Positions 33,404 to 46,460 are shown, counted from the stretch's first letter. The stretch: 64,000 nt of DNA from Fimbriosthenelais zetlandica (GCA_977030845.1 OZ365112.1:14384001-14448000), one strand, 5' to 3'. Translations and numbers: made by a program. The notes: generated by a model from the sequence alone, not told the origin.

Positions 33404-36400
33404 TGAAAAGCGGGTTTAAATTGCAATTGTTCACCCATTTTGAATGGGTCGGAGAGACAATATCATTATGAGTGATTGAAAGTCCTCGCTTTCCTTTATA
33501 TGTTTTGCCCACTTTTGGCATGTGAACATCGCACAAGTTGATGAGCAGATTAATAAGGAATACAAAAATGGAGATGAAAACATTGGGGTGCTCCCAGAGG
33601 CAAGTACTTGTGTTGCTTGTACTTGCTTCATATTTTTTCATAATTTAAATGTCTTGAACCTACGCATTTTAGAGCTTATTTATTAGTTTTAGTCGGCATA
33701 CTTACAAATGCTATTCATCTTATTTGTATCTCATTATATATTTGGAACTCCATGGTCACAAAAACATTTTTGTTTACTGTTTTTATCAAATATTATTATG
33801 TGGCACTGGGGATAGTGCCAGATTTCATCCTATGGAATGAGTCAGTGCGACTTGACTGAAAATGTTGATTATTTTTTTGTACTTAATCTTTCCATGTCGA
33901 CATATTATTTTGTGTTAGTCCCAATATTTAACATCCTGCCGATATTACTACAAACTATGTGCAAAACTCGCGATCTCAGGGAGGACATAGCTGAACGCAA
34001 AAACTGAACTTGCCAAATTTCTATTTGATACCGTCTGTATATACTCTATGCTCCTTGCTATGGTACCAAAATATCAAATTTGTCTTTGTACAAGTATCGT
34101 AAAGAGGTTGAATGATTGTTAAAAGGAAATATTATATTTTACATACTGTTTGTATGCACATTGAGCCATTCTTGCCTTGAAACATGACTCTTGCCCGGGG
34201 GAATATCATTGACCATATTTTGACCCTTCTGCTGTCATGAGCAGTAAGGGTCAATCACTATGACAACCCGGCAGTGGTGAGGCCTGGGATGTCCTAATCC
34301 AATATTGGCCATTGGTCAGCTGCTGGACAGTCGTGTAATCATGCTAGTGCCACTGTTGGCCAATGCTTAAGTGGATTTAGACACTGTTTCCATTAGCAAT
34401 ATGGACACAGATGATTAGTGGCTCTCTTCGAATATGGACGGGGTATTCTCTTTGAAATCCCCTTAAAGAATATTTTGAAATTTCCCAATTTCAAAGTATA
34501 TTGCAGAGTATCATTAATGGTCCCAAAAACGAACCGAATATAATATTACGACACATTAAAAGCTGATGCAGCTTATATGGGGAACAGCTGATGCATATTC
34601 GTGCTCAGATGTACCTCTTGTATTTATGAGTCTCATTCATACATGTATTTTTCTTTTCCTCATACGCTGGAATACCGATATATGTATGTTCTAAAAGTAC
34701 CCAGGGATCCATTTTCCAAAGAGACCCTAGCCACGGATGGAACATCTCGTTTAATTTCCAGATTCTCCTTTGATTGCATTGTTAAGGTTCCCTACGGGGC
34801 CTAAGAGATCTTTGGGGGATGCATCGCCAGTGGATCAATCCTCCATTGGTAGAAAGATCACAGGGGGCTGGCCAACAGCTAACCTTTGTAGTCCCTGACC
34901 ACCGCCACTCACTAATTCTACCAAATCAATCCCCTTACCACAGGCCTCGGACTCGGTCTCAGGCCAGACTCAATTTGGGAGCTCTCTCACAGAGCTGTGT
35001 AATACACAGCCCAGTTTCAATGCAGTGGAGCTTTCCGTTTGCGACATCTCCCACGGGATGTCGCAAAAGACCGGAAGTAGCTGAGCGTTGGTGTTTTAAG
35101 CTCTAGTAATGGAAGATACACATTCTTGTATGGATATAAACGGTAAATATGGAAATAATATTGGTTCAATTGCCGATAATTTTAAATTGGAGGCCATAGT
35201 CCGGTGGGTTGTCAGCCAGGTTGGTGTCAGTTTTGCATGTATATGTTTACTCGATCCCCTTTCAGTGCCAGCTCAATTAACATCGGCCCAATTCATGTCT
35301 GTCATCAAAAATGGCCCTCCTACAAACCTCTCCCATCCACCCCATCCCCTCAGTCTATGATACCCCAGCGTTGGTTCTTGGAACCTGTAATTACTGAAAT
35401 TACCTGCCAGGTGGGGGCTGACCTTGCCAGGAAACTGCCACGTGCATCGCAGACAACCATTTTCGATACTTTTCACCCTCGTCTCCCTTGTCTCCCGAGC
35501 TGGGATGTATCAAACAATGAGATTTTGCTTCTATTGCATGTTATAATTGTGTTTCTAATCGAGGTGAAACTGAGCCATCTCCATTCCCCAGAGCGAGTGT
35601 CATTTTGCTTTCACCTGCTAGGCACAGTGAACCAAATGGCCACGCGACTGGTTTCCTAGAAATGGCAGAGGTACTTATACTTTAAGGGGTCCCAGCCCCT
35701 CTACCAACCAAATGATGGTCCCATGTACTTTGATTTATAACATAAAGTGTATCTTAAACTGGTACCTCAGGGAAAGCGTGATGTAAGAAAAAGTGTAAAT
35801 GAATTGATACTGTACTGTATTACTTTATGTGAAATATGGTTTGTATGTTAACGTCTGTTGTTTAATAAGAATATGAATGGATGTACTAAAGCTCATAATT
35901 GAAAGGAATGGCTGAAGTATGCTAGATCCTAGATTATTAAGCTGGATCATGTTGATCACAAAATACTCGGACACAAAAGGAGCATAAAAACCAAAGACTA
36001 TTATATTTACTATATGTCTGATGACTAAATTACTTAGTCCATTTATCGGGTTTATCTCAAATTCTCAAAGTTTTTGTGTTTACTTATGTTATACGAAGTG
36101 GATACAAAATTTCAGAATATTGTACATGGATATTATTCCTATATAAGATACAAACAAGGCATTTGATAATATATTCTCTATTTGTATATCTTATTTGGAG
36201 AGAATAGTATAGTTTGTATGTAATGTATTCGTATATTATGTAACTCCTATGTGTAACTCATTTAGTCAAGTGCATGTAAAAAGGATCTACACAGTTTATT
36301 TAAATTTAGAGTTGTTTATTTTAGAACATTCATTGTTTGTAATTTCATCATGTCCTATGAATTAGGTCAAGGATCAAAAACCAATGTAAATCCACCGAAG

Positions 36401-36441
36401 ACGATGACGATGCTCATCAAAGAATTTGCTCAAATCATTGA

Positions 36442-36447
36442 AATAAA
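36442..36447 (+). terminator. Candidate distal poly(A) signal (AATAAA) of Hox3
   Basis: First canonical AATAAA I found downstream of the stop; it would imply a 3' UTR of about 3.2 kb. Confidence 0.3.
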
Positions 36448-37614
36448 ATATTAGCCACATCCCATGATATTGCCTCTGGACTATAATTTCTCAAACCAGG
36501 CCTATGCGAAGGCACATTTTAAGAGCCGGGCTCATAATTATGACTATATCATATCACTTCAAATATTGTCTGAGTGCATCGTTAGGATGCTGTAGAACAC
36601 AAAGTTTCCAACAGTTGGGAGTGACAATCTGGATTTGATATGTTTAAAAAGAAACGACACACCCAGGCATTTTTAAAAGGGTTCCAGAACTCATCATGTC
36701 GAGGAAAGAGAGACAGTGACTAGGACTGGGATAATATCTGCCATTTTCTCGAGTTGAGGGCCCACAGTCCCGCGCTATTCATATTTCATAAGGCCTTCCA
36801 TTATGCCAAAATTGCCTGTCTATCAAAAGGCTGGGATTCAAAAATTTTCCAGCGGATTTAATATATCGACATTATTGCGTTGCTTGGCGACCAGAGGCAG
36901 AAACACGCTTTTTCTGTCTGCCTGTTCATAAAGGAAGACAAGGCCGGGAAAGGATTTGAATAATTCCTGGATCGGAGACAATTTAATGGGCTGTGATAGT
37001 CAATGGCATCATGGGGTGGGGGGAGGGGGAGTGAATGTAAGGGGTAATCTGGACGGGCTGGATACGGACTACGATTGGGATGATGTGGCATCATACGGGA
37101 TGTGTGGCTAAGTTAATTTTGGGAAGTGGGAGGGCATTTCCCGGAGTGATTCACTGCACGGGTAGCATGGCCATTGTTGGGCTAATTTGTACATCGCAAC
37201 AGGGAAGACACCCCTAATTTAGCTGAGGGAAATGATGGGGTATAGGAGAGGATGAAAGGCGGTAGCTGTCAGGGCTGAATGCCTAGCGGGCATTTCCAGG
37301 CTCCATTTCTAGGCACTGTTAAGTGTGTGTGTGTCGTGGGGGAGGGGGGGGGGGGCTGAGAGGCGTTGGGGGCACAGGTCTACATATGCTTGTTCCCGTC
37401 CCTCAAAAGCAACGTCTTTACCAAACATCTCTAACGTTTTAAAGGGGAGGGACAATTCCCCCCTTTTCAATCCCTGTGTTGATGGGAGGAGAGTGGATGG
37501 CCTGATGAGGTCTGGCGTTTTTGTGCACATTGAGGCACGAACCATGCGATAATAAAAGTACTTCATGAATTATGAAAAACTGATCTCAAATGAAACTATC
37601 GTTTTGTTTTTTGA

Positions 37615-37996
37615 ACCGGAAGTCCATTGACTCTCCGCTTCCGGTATGGCTGGTCTTCGTACCAATATTTACTTCAGTTGTATCATGGGCGATAATTGGT
37701 AACAAGTAACGTTACCAATGAACTCGTCTCTCCTTTCAACAGCACGATACCATCTGAGAGCAGCTGCCCAGCCCAGATGACACCATGTCAAAATCGCTCG
37801 ACGAATGCGTGTTCTCTACATCCTCTTGCGCGCGCACGCACCAAGGTCCCGCCGGAAGAGAAAGGAAGGTGCGTGTGGGACAAGCCCAAAAGCTGACCTG
37901 ATCGCGTGATGGCCTCGGTCGCGGTAAATAGAATGAAATAGATAGCCGTTTGTTTCGTTTTCAAAAGCTGATAACGCCCCACTGTAGAGGACAAGG
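37615..37996 (+). promoter_or_regulatory. CpG-rich promoter-like island 3' of Hox3
   Basis: Inverted ETS pair 37615-37645; TGCGCGCGCA 37827-37836; ends at donor AGG|GTGAGT (37996). Confidence 0.35.
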
Positions 37997-39805
37997 GTGA
38001 GTGCTTACTGGGGCAAAAGTAAATCATTTTTTTATTAAAAAAAGAAGATAGTCTCCAACAAACCAGCTTTCAACTTTTCGGCGTCATGTTTAATGGCCTT
38101 TTTAAGCTTCATTTACTCAAGTTTTGAATGGGAACTACCGATGCATTTGACGTTTTGTTGATATTTATTTTTTATTTCCCCAATTTTATGCCACTTAATA
38201 TGCAATCTCGGGGCCCTGGAACGGTTTGCGTTTCGGTTCCAGTACATTTGTTCTTACAGTAAAAGTTTTCAGCTTAGAATATCCGATTTTTTCGATATAA
38301 TGTGTTAGACACTCTAAAAACTCTTAATATTGGCAGCATACAAAACCAAAATCATGATGTAAAACATGAGAATTGTCAGCAGCTGTGGAACAATTATAGC
38401 ATCTTTCCATCCAGTCATATTATGTCCACTAAAGAGTAGGTCAGTCCTTTTAGCCCAAATATCCAGCATCCGTTGAGTTACAACCCCTCCCATAAGAGCC
38501 CCTGAGCTATAGAAAAGGGAAACTGATGCCATAAAAACCGGGATAAGCTTATGTAACTCTTATGTAATTTTGTATACAACCTTGCTAACTATGTCATAAA
38601 TCAATGTCAGTTATCTAAAGGCCCCCTGCTCAAAGGTAAGTGTCGGACACCAAATTACAGGCCCCGTCACACTTGAGCCTCCTCATTTACATAATACCAG
38701 TGAACCCGGCTTGACCACCGTGTGTGGGTACTTGGGGCAGTGCGTACCCATATAGCCAGAGGTAGGACAAGTCTGTCAATGGGATATCCAATGTGGAGGT
38801 CAGGACCAACAATTGTGTCTTTGTTTGACCTTCTTCTTTGATCTTTATTTGACCTGAGAACACATGTAGATGGAACCCCCGGGAAGGACATTACTCGTCA
38901 ATGGAATCTCATGAATCATTCTCCCGACACCTATACAGCTATGTTGATCCAAGATGGTGGCAGGTAAGACCATACCTCTTGTTTACATATGGTGATTGTT
39001 TATATATACAATGGACTTATGGCCGTACTGTCGAATGTATTCCTTGAGATTTACATTAGATTCACCCCCTTTTCCCGATTACCAAAGCAGACCGTTAGTC
39101 TTTTTACTCTAAGGTTTTAGTGAGTCGTCTTGATAAGAATATTACAATGAAACCTTTTAGAAAGTTGTCTAATGAGTGAAATACATGTGCACACCACTGC
39201 CATCGATAGCCTTCTCACCTTCCGCCATCTTGCCCTTCGTGGATCCCTTTACAATAGCCATAGGGTACTAGGCATATATTTATAGAGAGACTTTGTATTG
39301 CTAGAGAACCAAAACTCCGAAATACCAGAGATCCTATATGAGGTATCTGGAAATACTTTCAAGTAAATGGCGAGGCTCACTAAAGCCTCGTCATAATGAT
39401 TTATTAAGGGGGCTCGCGACAGTGACACCTTACACCCTATTAGTCGGCTTTAAGCACCGATTAATAACGATAAGTTCTCGGGCACCAGCCGTAGAGTGAC
39501 CCTGGTACCTTGACCTCACATTAATTCCAGTTTGATATTGACCTTGACGGGTCAAATGACTTGACATGTAATTTTGGCTACCTTTATGCTATAAACAACT
39601 GATAATTTACTCATAGAGCAGTACCTGCTCTCTGAAGTTTCGGCGTATTATATTATATTGTTGTTTTATTATTCTTTTGATAATTATTTATGGTTTATAT
39701 ATGGCAATGTATCGCTGCATGCAACATCTTATTAAGGGGCCGCCCTTAAATGACGTCACGCCTCGGTAAGAAGGCGAGCTTTGCGGAAAGTTTATGAGTA
39801 GGTGA

Positions 39806-39849
39806 GGGAGGGCAGGGGGAGGGTGGGGGGGGGGGGGGTGGGGGGTGGG
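39806..39849 (+). repeat. G-run tract (G14 core), G-quadruplex-capable
   Basis: GGGAGGGCAGGGGGAGGGTG14TGGGGGGTGGG has at least four G3+ runs with short loops. Confidence 0.75.
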
Positions 39850-42800
39850 TGAGTGAAGGCGTGCAATGATTATTATGATGAAGGTAGGCAGGAATGGCAA
39901 TGTGAACAGATATAACAGATGTAAGCTTTAGAGATTGCCAGCCCTAAATGAATGTGTGGGGACGTACAATGTTCATGTCACACCAACACTCATGTGTCTG
40001 TGATAACTAATGCAGCACCCTGATGAAATCTATGCCATTGTATGGTGGTCTCCTATTGGTTTACATAAAAGCGGATACCTTTTGTATTTGTGCAGTGAAA
40101 GAAGCATCTCATGACTGGTATAATAGAATGATCCGGTCTCTACCCATAGGCTTTTAGTATACTTATCATCACCCAGGTAATCTGGTAGTTCCTATTTACC
40201 CCTGAGCTGTCTAATTCAATTTTCTTCTTGGGGCAAGTTTAGACAAGCGTAAGGAGACCATGTCACGCATGGTTCATCTTCAGACTACATGCTGACATGG
40301 AGGCATGTATTTTTGTCACATTCACGATCTACCCTTTAGCTGGGCTATCAATGGCGACATGGTAAAGCAGATGTGAGTGACATTGGAGGCTGAGAAAACT
40401 TAATTTCTTGTGTGTCAGGTGTGTTCATGAGAGGTAAGGGCGATGATAAGCTCGTCTACCTGGATGCTTTCCTCACTAAAGTGATATAAGCCTGTACAGG
40501 GTGGCTGATAATTATTGTCATGATCAAAAAGGCATTAAGCAGGATTGGTATCTGAAGGTATTAGTGCTCTAGAATAGGATCTTTTTCGGGGTGCGATCAA
40601 GCTCTAATCCAACAAATATGGAGTCGAAGCAAGCATGACCCGAACAAGATTTGGACAGAAGTTAATTAAAAATAATTGTTTGTATCTTATAGCAACCTTG
40701 TATACTTTGCTGAATTCTACCAACCTCTATGACTAGATACACTTTGTACACCGGATAAGCTTTTATGTGTGATACCTCCAGACCTTTACCTCCGTGCCTG
40801 CCCACCTGAACATACAGGTGTCAATCACACACTACTGTCCAGGTGTTGATTGTAATGAACAACATAACTGAGGCTTTTGTGAGCCTAAACCCCAATGCCT
40901 GGGAGAGGATGGCAAGTCGTGGCCGGTGGAAAGGGAGCAGGGCCTGGGCATTGTGATGGGGAGTATCCAGTGGTAATATTTGATGGACAGGTTCATAAAG
41001 AAGGCTGCTAGGATAGACAGGTAGGGGAGGGTCTCTGGTAGAATTGCCTACTGCTATAGATACTGGTGGTTTCCTGGGTCAAGGAACAGAGGAGACGATA
41101 TCAGCCCTCCACACAGGTGAGTCTACCTAGATGTAAGAATACCCAAATCTAAAGTTATCTGTTTAGTTATTTCTTGTTTACACCGTTATATTCTTTCTTT
41201 CCTAGACATAAGCACTTTAACACCACCCACTTGGACTGTTATCAATTTCTTGATTCAAACAGAACATCATCCATTCATATAAGTAATCCTTGAGACCATG
41301 CAATGCCAAATGCTCTATAAGTTGAGTGACATGGGAAGGTCACAATAGTTGATGTTAATAATATCCTATAACCATATCAAGTGACACTCCTGGTGGACAA
41401 TGAATTGCTATAACAATGCTAATACCATGTTCAATGACACTCATAATTGACAATATGTGATGTGGGCAACCCATCAATCGGTGGGAGAAAATGCTTGAAA
41501 AATAACAATGCAATAATTAATACGAGGACAACCTCTTTCCTTATCAATGTCATCATGGTTTTGTATCACCTTCGTGTGTATTCTTAGTACGATATTATTA
41601 TACTGATATATTAATGTGATTGCACTGTAAACCCTTGTATGATTCATGATATTGTAGAAGTCATTCCTATGTTCCTTATCAACTAGTCAGACCTCATGGT
41701 GTGATAATAAATCAACAGTTTGTTGAGCCCCATCTTACACATCTTCCTCCTATTTCCAGTGTACCAGCCCCATGCTCAGGTGATAAGAAAGGGCAGCCTT
41801 GACTCTACTAATGACAGGTGAGTGATGGAAGTTAGTTACTCGCATCTCTTCCTGCTTGATAATTCTTTATGTGGATGGTCATAATGATTTGTTCAGCGTG
41901 CCCACCTCATGTCTGAGTGTATAAAAAAAGGCGTGAGATTGTCAGGGGAATACATGTTAATTTTATAACAATATTGTACATCCTGAGGGTCATGGAGTAG
42001 AAATTGTCAGAGGCATTGCCTAGTAAATATTTGAATCTATAAAAGCACGACAAACACTTCAGAGTGCCTTGGTATAGGAGAGTATATTAGTGACGGGGTG
42101 TGTGTGATGTGGCCACATTTGTCTGTAATACTTAGTGCCACCCACGCCAACCCTCGCACGTGCCTGGGCGTGTCTCATCAACCCTTAATTAGAATACCCT
42201 AAATACTCTTATCATTCCTCTAATAATATTGCTTAGTATTTAATTATACCTTGGACCATAACATCTTGCTTTGTAGAGACATACATAATACATACTATAG
42301 GCTTAGAATAAATTGTTAGTCTAGGCTATAGGAAAGAAAATATCAGATTTAGAGGGTATTGTTGTACTGGAAGGGATAAGACCCATCAAAACAGATCGAT
42401 ATGGATCAATGAAATCCCTGCATGATTAGTGACCTTATTTAGGCATGGATTGATAGATATTATTTGGGAGAATTGGGCTGGGTTTTTTTTCATAAAAAGG
42501 AGTAAATTATTCTTAATCGATGACCTTGCCCACCTGTATAAGAAGGAACTTATATAATGGACAAACATTTACCTTATAAGTATGATTTCCTCCATTTGTC
42601 GATGTTTCAAAAATATCCATTCCACAGACATACTCCAAGGTATCATCATCATAGGCTCATAGTATTATCTAAACCTGGTTGCATGGTCTTATCCCTATCA
42701 CCTTCCACTGCCTTATGTCCCTGCCAACACTCCGACAAAGCCTTTAAAGGCAAGTGGAATTTGAATTTTTGATTTTTTGGCAGTGCTTGGAGTGGAGGCT

Positions 42801-44231
42801 TCATCTGTGTTGGGGAGTTGTGAGGGAAGGGTAAAGGTTGTGGATTTACATAGGAGGAAGGTTTGACGGAATCAGAGCAGTCTTGCTTGCCGACTGTCAT
42901 GTTATCCAGGACTGGGCACACGTTGGGTAAACCTGGGACTAGTTGACCTCCATCAGCAAGACTGCCAGCTGTTATGCTGTTGAGAGGTCCTCCAGAAAGT
43001 TCAAACCATTCACTTACCTTCCACTTACATCCAGGATTGGAAAACTTTCTTCAATCCTGGAACCTGATATGCCTCTATCCATGACTCATTGCAATAATTG
43101 TTCTGAATGTGGGGCAATGGTCTTTCCAACGTTACAAAACGTTACGTTGCCTCAATGCAATTTAATAGTGCGAGCATTTAAAAAAAATAATTGAAGCCTA
43201 TCCATCCTATATCCCCACCCGCTCTCCCTCTCCGCCCACATACCCTATACCTACCACCATTGACACCAAGCCAAGGAAAATGGAAATCAGGTAGAATTTA
43301 CTCCGTGAACTTATGCTGTGAAATTCTATGCAAATTTGCTTTAAAAAGACTGAGCTTCAGCATCACAGCTACTCAGCACGGGCGCAGTCTAAGCCATATT
43401 GTGCTCATTAGCTTTATTGCCTGTAATAATTTGTCCTCTCTCTACCCCCCTCCACCTACCGTTTAATCCCCCTCTTTTACTTTACATTCGCCTACGGGAA
43501 CATAGCGCCTGCAAATACTGGCGCATTTGTAGGCGCATTATCAAAATAAATTGTATGAGCCAGGGGAGATTTCCCTGTGGGATTCGTTTATCTGCGAGCG
43601 GAAATTTACCCAAGCCATGGCAAAACGCTGCCATAATTCAGCTGTCAGACCCTCCCGTTCACTCCGACGTGGGCGCCGCGGTCACGCGAACGCTGGTCCT
43701 GGACTTGTCACAGAGTCCAGAGGCTCAAAGGGGGTTTAGCTGGGTTAGGGTGATGGGTTGAGACCCAGGGTGAACCCGGGCGAAACGTAGGAGGGGCTGC
43801 CCGGCCCCCAAGGGTGGTAGCAATGGCACACAACGGTGTCAAAGACCTACACACATGGTCATAGAAATGTGCCCTTGCCCTTTCAAGGCTCTGGAAAAAG
43901 GTCGTATCATGCTCGTGTAAAGAACAATTGTATAGTGATTCAGGTGTTGGTGTAAAGGGGTGTGGGTGCCTCACCTGATGCTGATAATGCATCAACCAAG
44001 TAATAACCTTTTCCGATGTAAGTGATAGGTATCAATAGTGTACAATCATGCATTATACACACATGTATGTCGTATTTGCACAGCAATTGCCTGAGGTAAA
44101 ACAGACAATATTTTAATTGAATGAGGTTAGCATTATGACATAAATAATCGTTGTTTTGCCCATTCCTCAACCAATGCAAATGAAAGGGGAGATAGAATTG
44201 GAGAGAAAGAGGAAGGGAGAGAGAGAGAAAG

Positions 44232-44234
<3 letters not shown>

Positions 44235-44294
<60 letters not shown>
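44235..44294. repeat. (GA)30 microsatellite within a purine tract of about 110 bp
   Basis: Uninterrupted GA repeat read directly; flanking purine-rich sequence 44201-44308. Confidence 0.95.
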
Positions 44295-44300
<6 letters not shown>

Positions 44301-45874
44301 GGGGAGAGGTTGTCCAGGTTTTCTCCGCCCATGTCAAGCTCTCATGTCATCGTGTCAGCAAGCACGTCCTCTGACAGCCTGGACAGGCACGACTTCGTGC
44401 CCAGAATACCCCAGAGAGGGAGAGGCAGTGAGCCTGGCTTAGTTTGAGAGTGGGATTTGGGGAAGAATTTGGTAAAGAAGGGCTAGAAATTCAGAACCAG
44501 GGATTAGCGAAAGAAGTAAGATATGGATGGAGGCCAGAGAATGGGAACTTGTCCACTGTTTGCATACCTATGATGAGGACTCGCCGACCCCTGGCAGACA
44601 GACTTTCAGAAAAAAAAATCCGGGAAGGTAACCATATATATATGGCCAGCTGTACAAGGTCTGGGCCTGAGTAAAGGGAATTCAAGCACAGAGGGATAAC
44701 ATGCAACCCAGAACTACCTTTACTCCTGTGGGACCTAGAGAACAAGGGATCGGCACCTAAATAATGGATTTTTCATTATGGAATGTGATATTAATAGCAT
44801 GTCTGGCATGGGAAGAAAAGTCTCTTAACCTCTAGTCCCATTCTTACCACGTTTACCACAATGATCGAATGACCTTATGCACTTTTAAGAGTCGGGGAAT
44901 TTAACAAAGTATATTAACTGTATTTACCAATAACTCAGAAAGGACTTTAATCTGTGACAGAACTTCCATATCACTCATGCATGAAGAACTTGACCTTAGT
45001 TCAGAGGTACAACACTCTTATTAATGGTGTACAACTTTCAACGTTTGACATAATTGATATTATTATTATCAATTATATATAATACTTCCTGACATGTACA
45101 ATGTGAATGTTATTAATGAATCATTTTCATTGATTTGGACCTCTTAAAGCATTCTCATATTCCTATAGACCCTTCATTCATTGATGTATTTTGGTCTATC
45201 CAATATTGATAATGTACTTCTATGGCCGATCTTTAAGGCTTCCTCTTACTGCAAAATCGTTGTATTCTATTAGAACCTTGGAGATATCTAACCTAACTGA
45301 CACATCCCTTATGTCCCCTTTTTCAATAAAAGCATCTTTATTGAGGGCATAAAGTGAACTCCTTCAGATCATTTATCCTCCAGATTTATACTTCATATTA
45401 TCTTCATAGATGTGGTGAGTACATCACTATGGTTCAGCCAGCTGTAAAAACCCTGCCTCAGTTTAGGATTTACCGCTAACTACAGGCCCCTTTATATTGG
45501 CTGTCCATCTCTGGGCGAATGGTGCATAGTAGTATATGAAAATGGCTGTTGTGAGGAGGCTACAGTTGCATGGGCCGCTTGACTGGCGAACGCCTAGTAA
45601 TAAAGATCCCCGGATACGGAAGTGAGGACACGCTATCCCATGCCCACCAGCGATGTAATAAAAAGATGATCTATAAAGCTGCATTTTTTTGTGTGCCAGC
45701 AGCTTGTGGATCTATTTTTAGTCGCTGAAGAAGGATGATTGACTGTGGTGACTGTGGTGAGAGTGGGGAAGCCGCACCACCACCACCACGTGACTACTCG
45801 CCACCGGATGTGACGTCGGTATGGCTGTGTTGACATGCGCGATAGAGCAAATGGAGTGTAAAGATAAATCAATC

Positions 45875-45891
45875 AGTGTAGGTGGCGCTAG
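45875..45891 (+). promoter_or_regulatory. CTCF-like motif (core plus 3' end)
   Basis: AGTGTAGGTGGCGCTAG; TAGGTGGCGCTA matches, but the 5' part has 3 mismatches. Confidence 0.35.
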
Positions 45892-46267
45892 GGGAGGTCA
45901 CGTGGGGGGCTATCAGTGCTATGGGTGTGTGAACATGAGAGGGTGGCATCTTTTCTTCAGGATTTGTGCTTGATATTGGATTCTGAAGATGTTTTCTACC
46001 AAGCACAGAATTCATTTCCTCCTAAAAGTGTAGAATTGCTACCAGTCCAATGAAGGAAAGATAACTCTTTCCCTTTGAGCGGAGACTGATGTAAACACAG
46101 AGCTTGAATTTGTCAGAGCACAATAGCCACCCTGAAATTTTCAGTTTGTTGTAGTCAGCTGCACTGGCTCTATAGCAGCATTCATGCTGCCCTATGTTTC
46201 CCCACTGACCTGGATTGCTCTCCTCCCCATTACCCCATCATATTTACGCTGCGACGTTGACTTCTTT

Positions 46268-46460
46268 ACTTCCGGCACGTGCCAAAAGTGTCATGGGAAC
46301 TTCCAGCTCCCTCACCGGAAGTGGCTCATATTCAGCCATCATTACTGGAAACATTAGGTCGACGTAACGTCAACGTCATTTCCATGGAAAGCTGACGGGT
46401 CTAACTGAAAAAACAACAAGAGTATCCTGATTTGCTCTTGGCTGACGTCAGATCCAATGT
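46268..46460. promoter_or_regulatory. ETS/E-box/CRE promoter-like cluster
   Basis: ACTTCCGG 46268, CACGTG 46276, ACCGGAAGTG 46314-46323, TGACGTCA 46443-46450. Confidence 0.4.

Noticed and set aside
43940-44374. SLSLSL / ERERER ORFs
   Set aside because: Artefacts of the (GA)n microsatellite.
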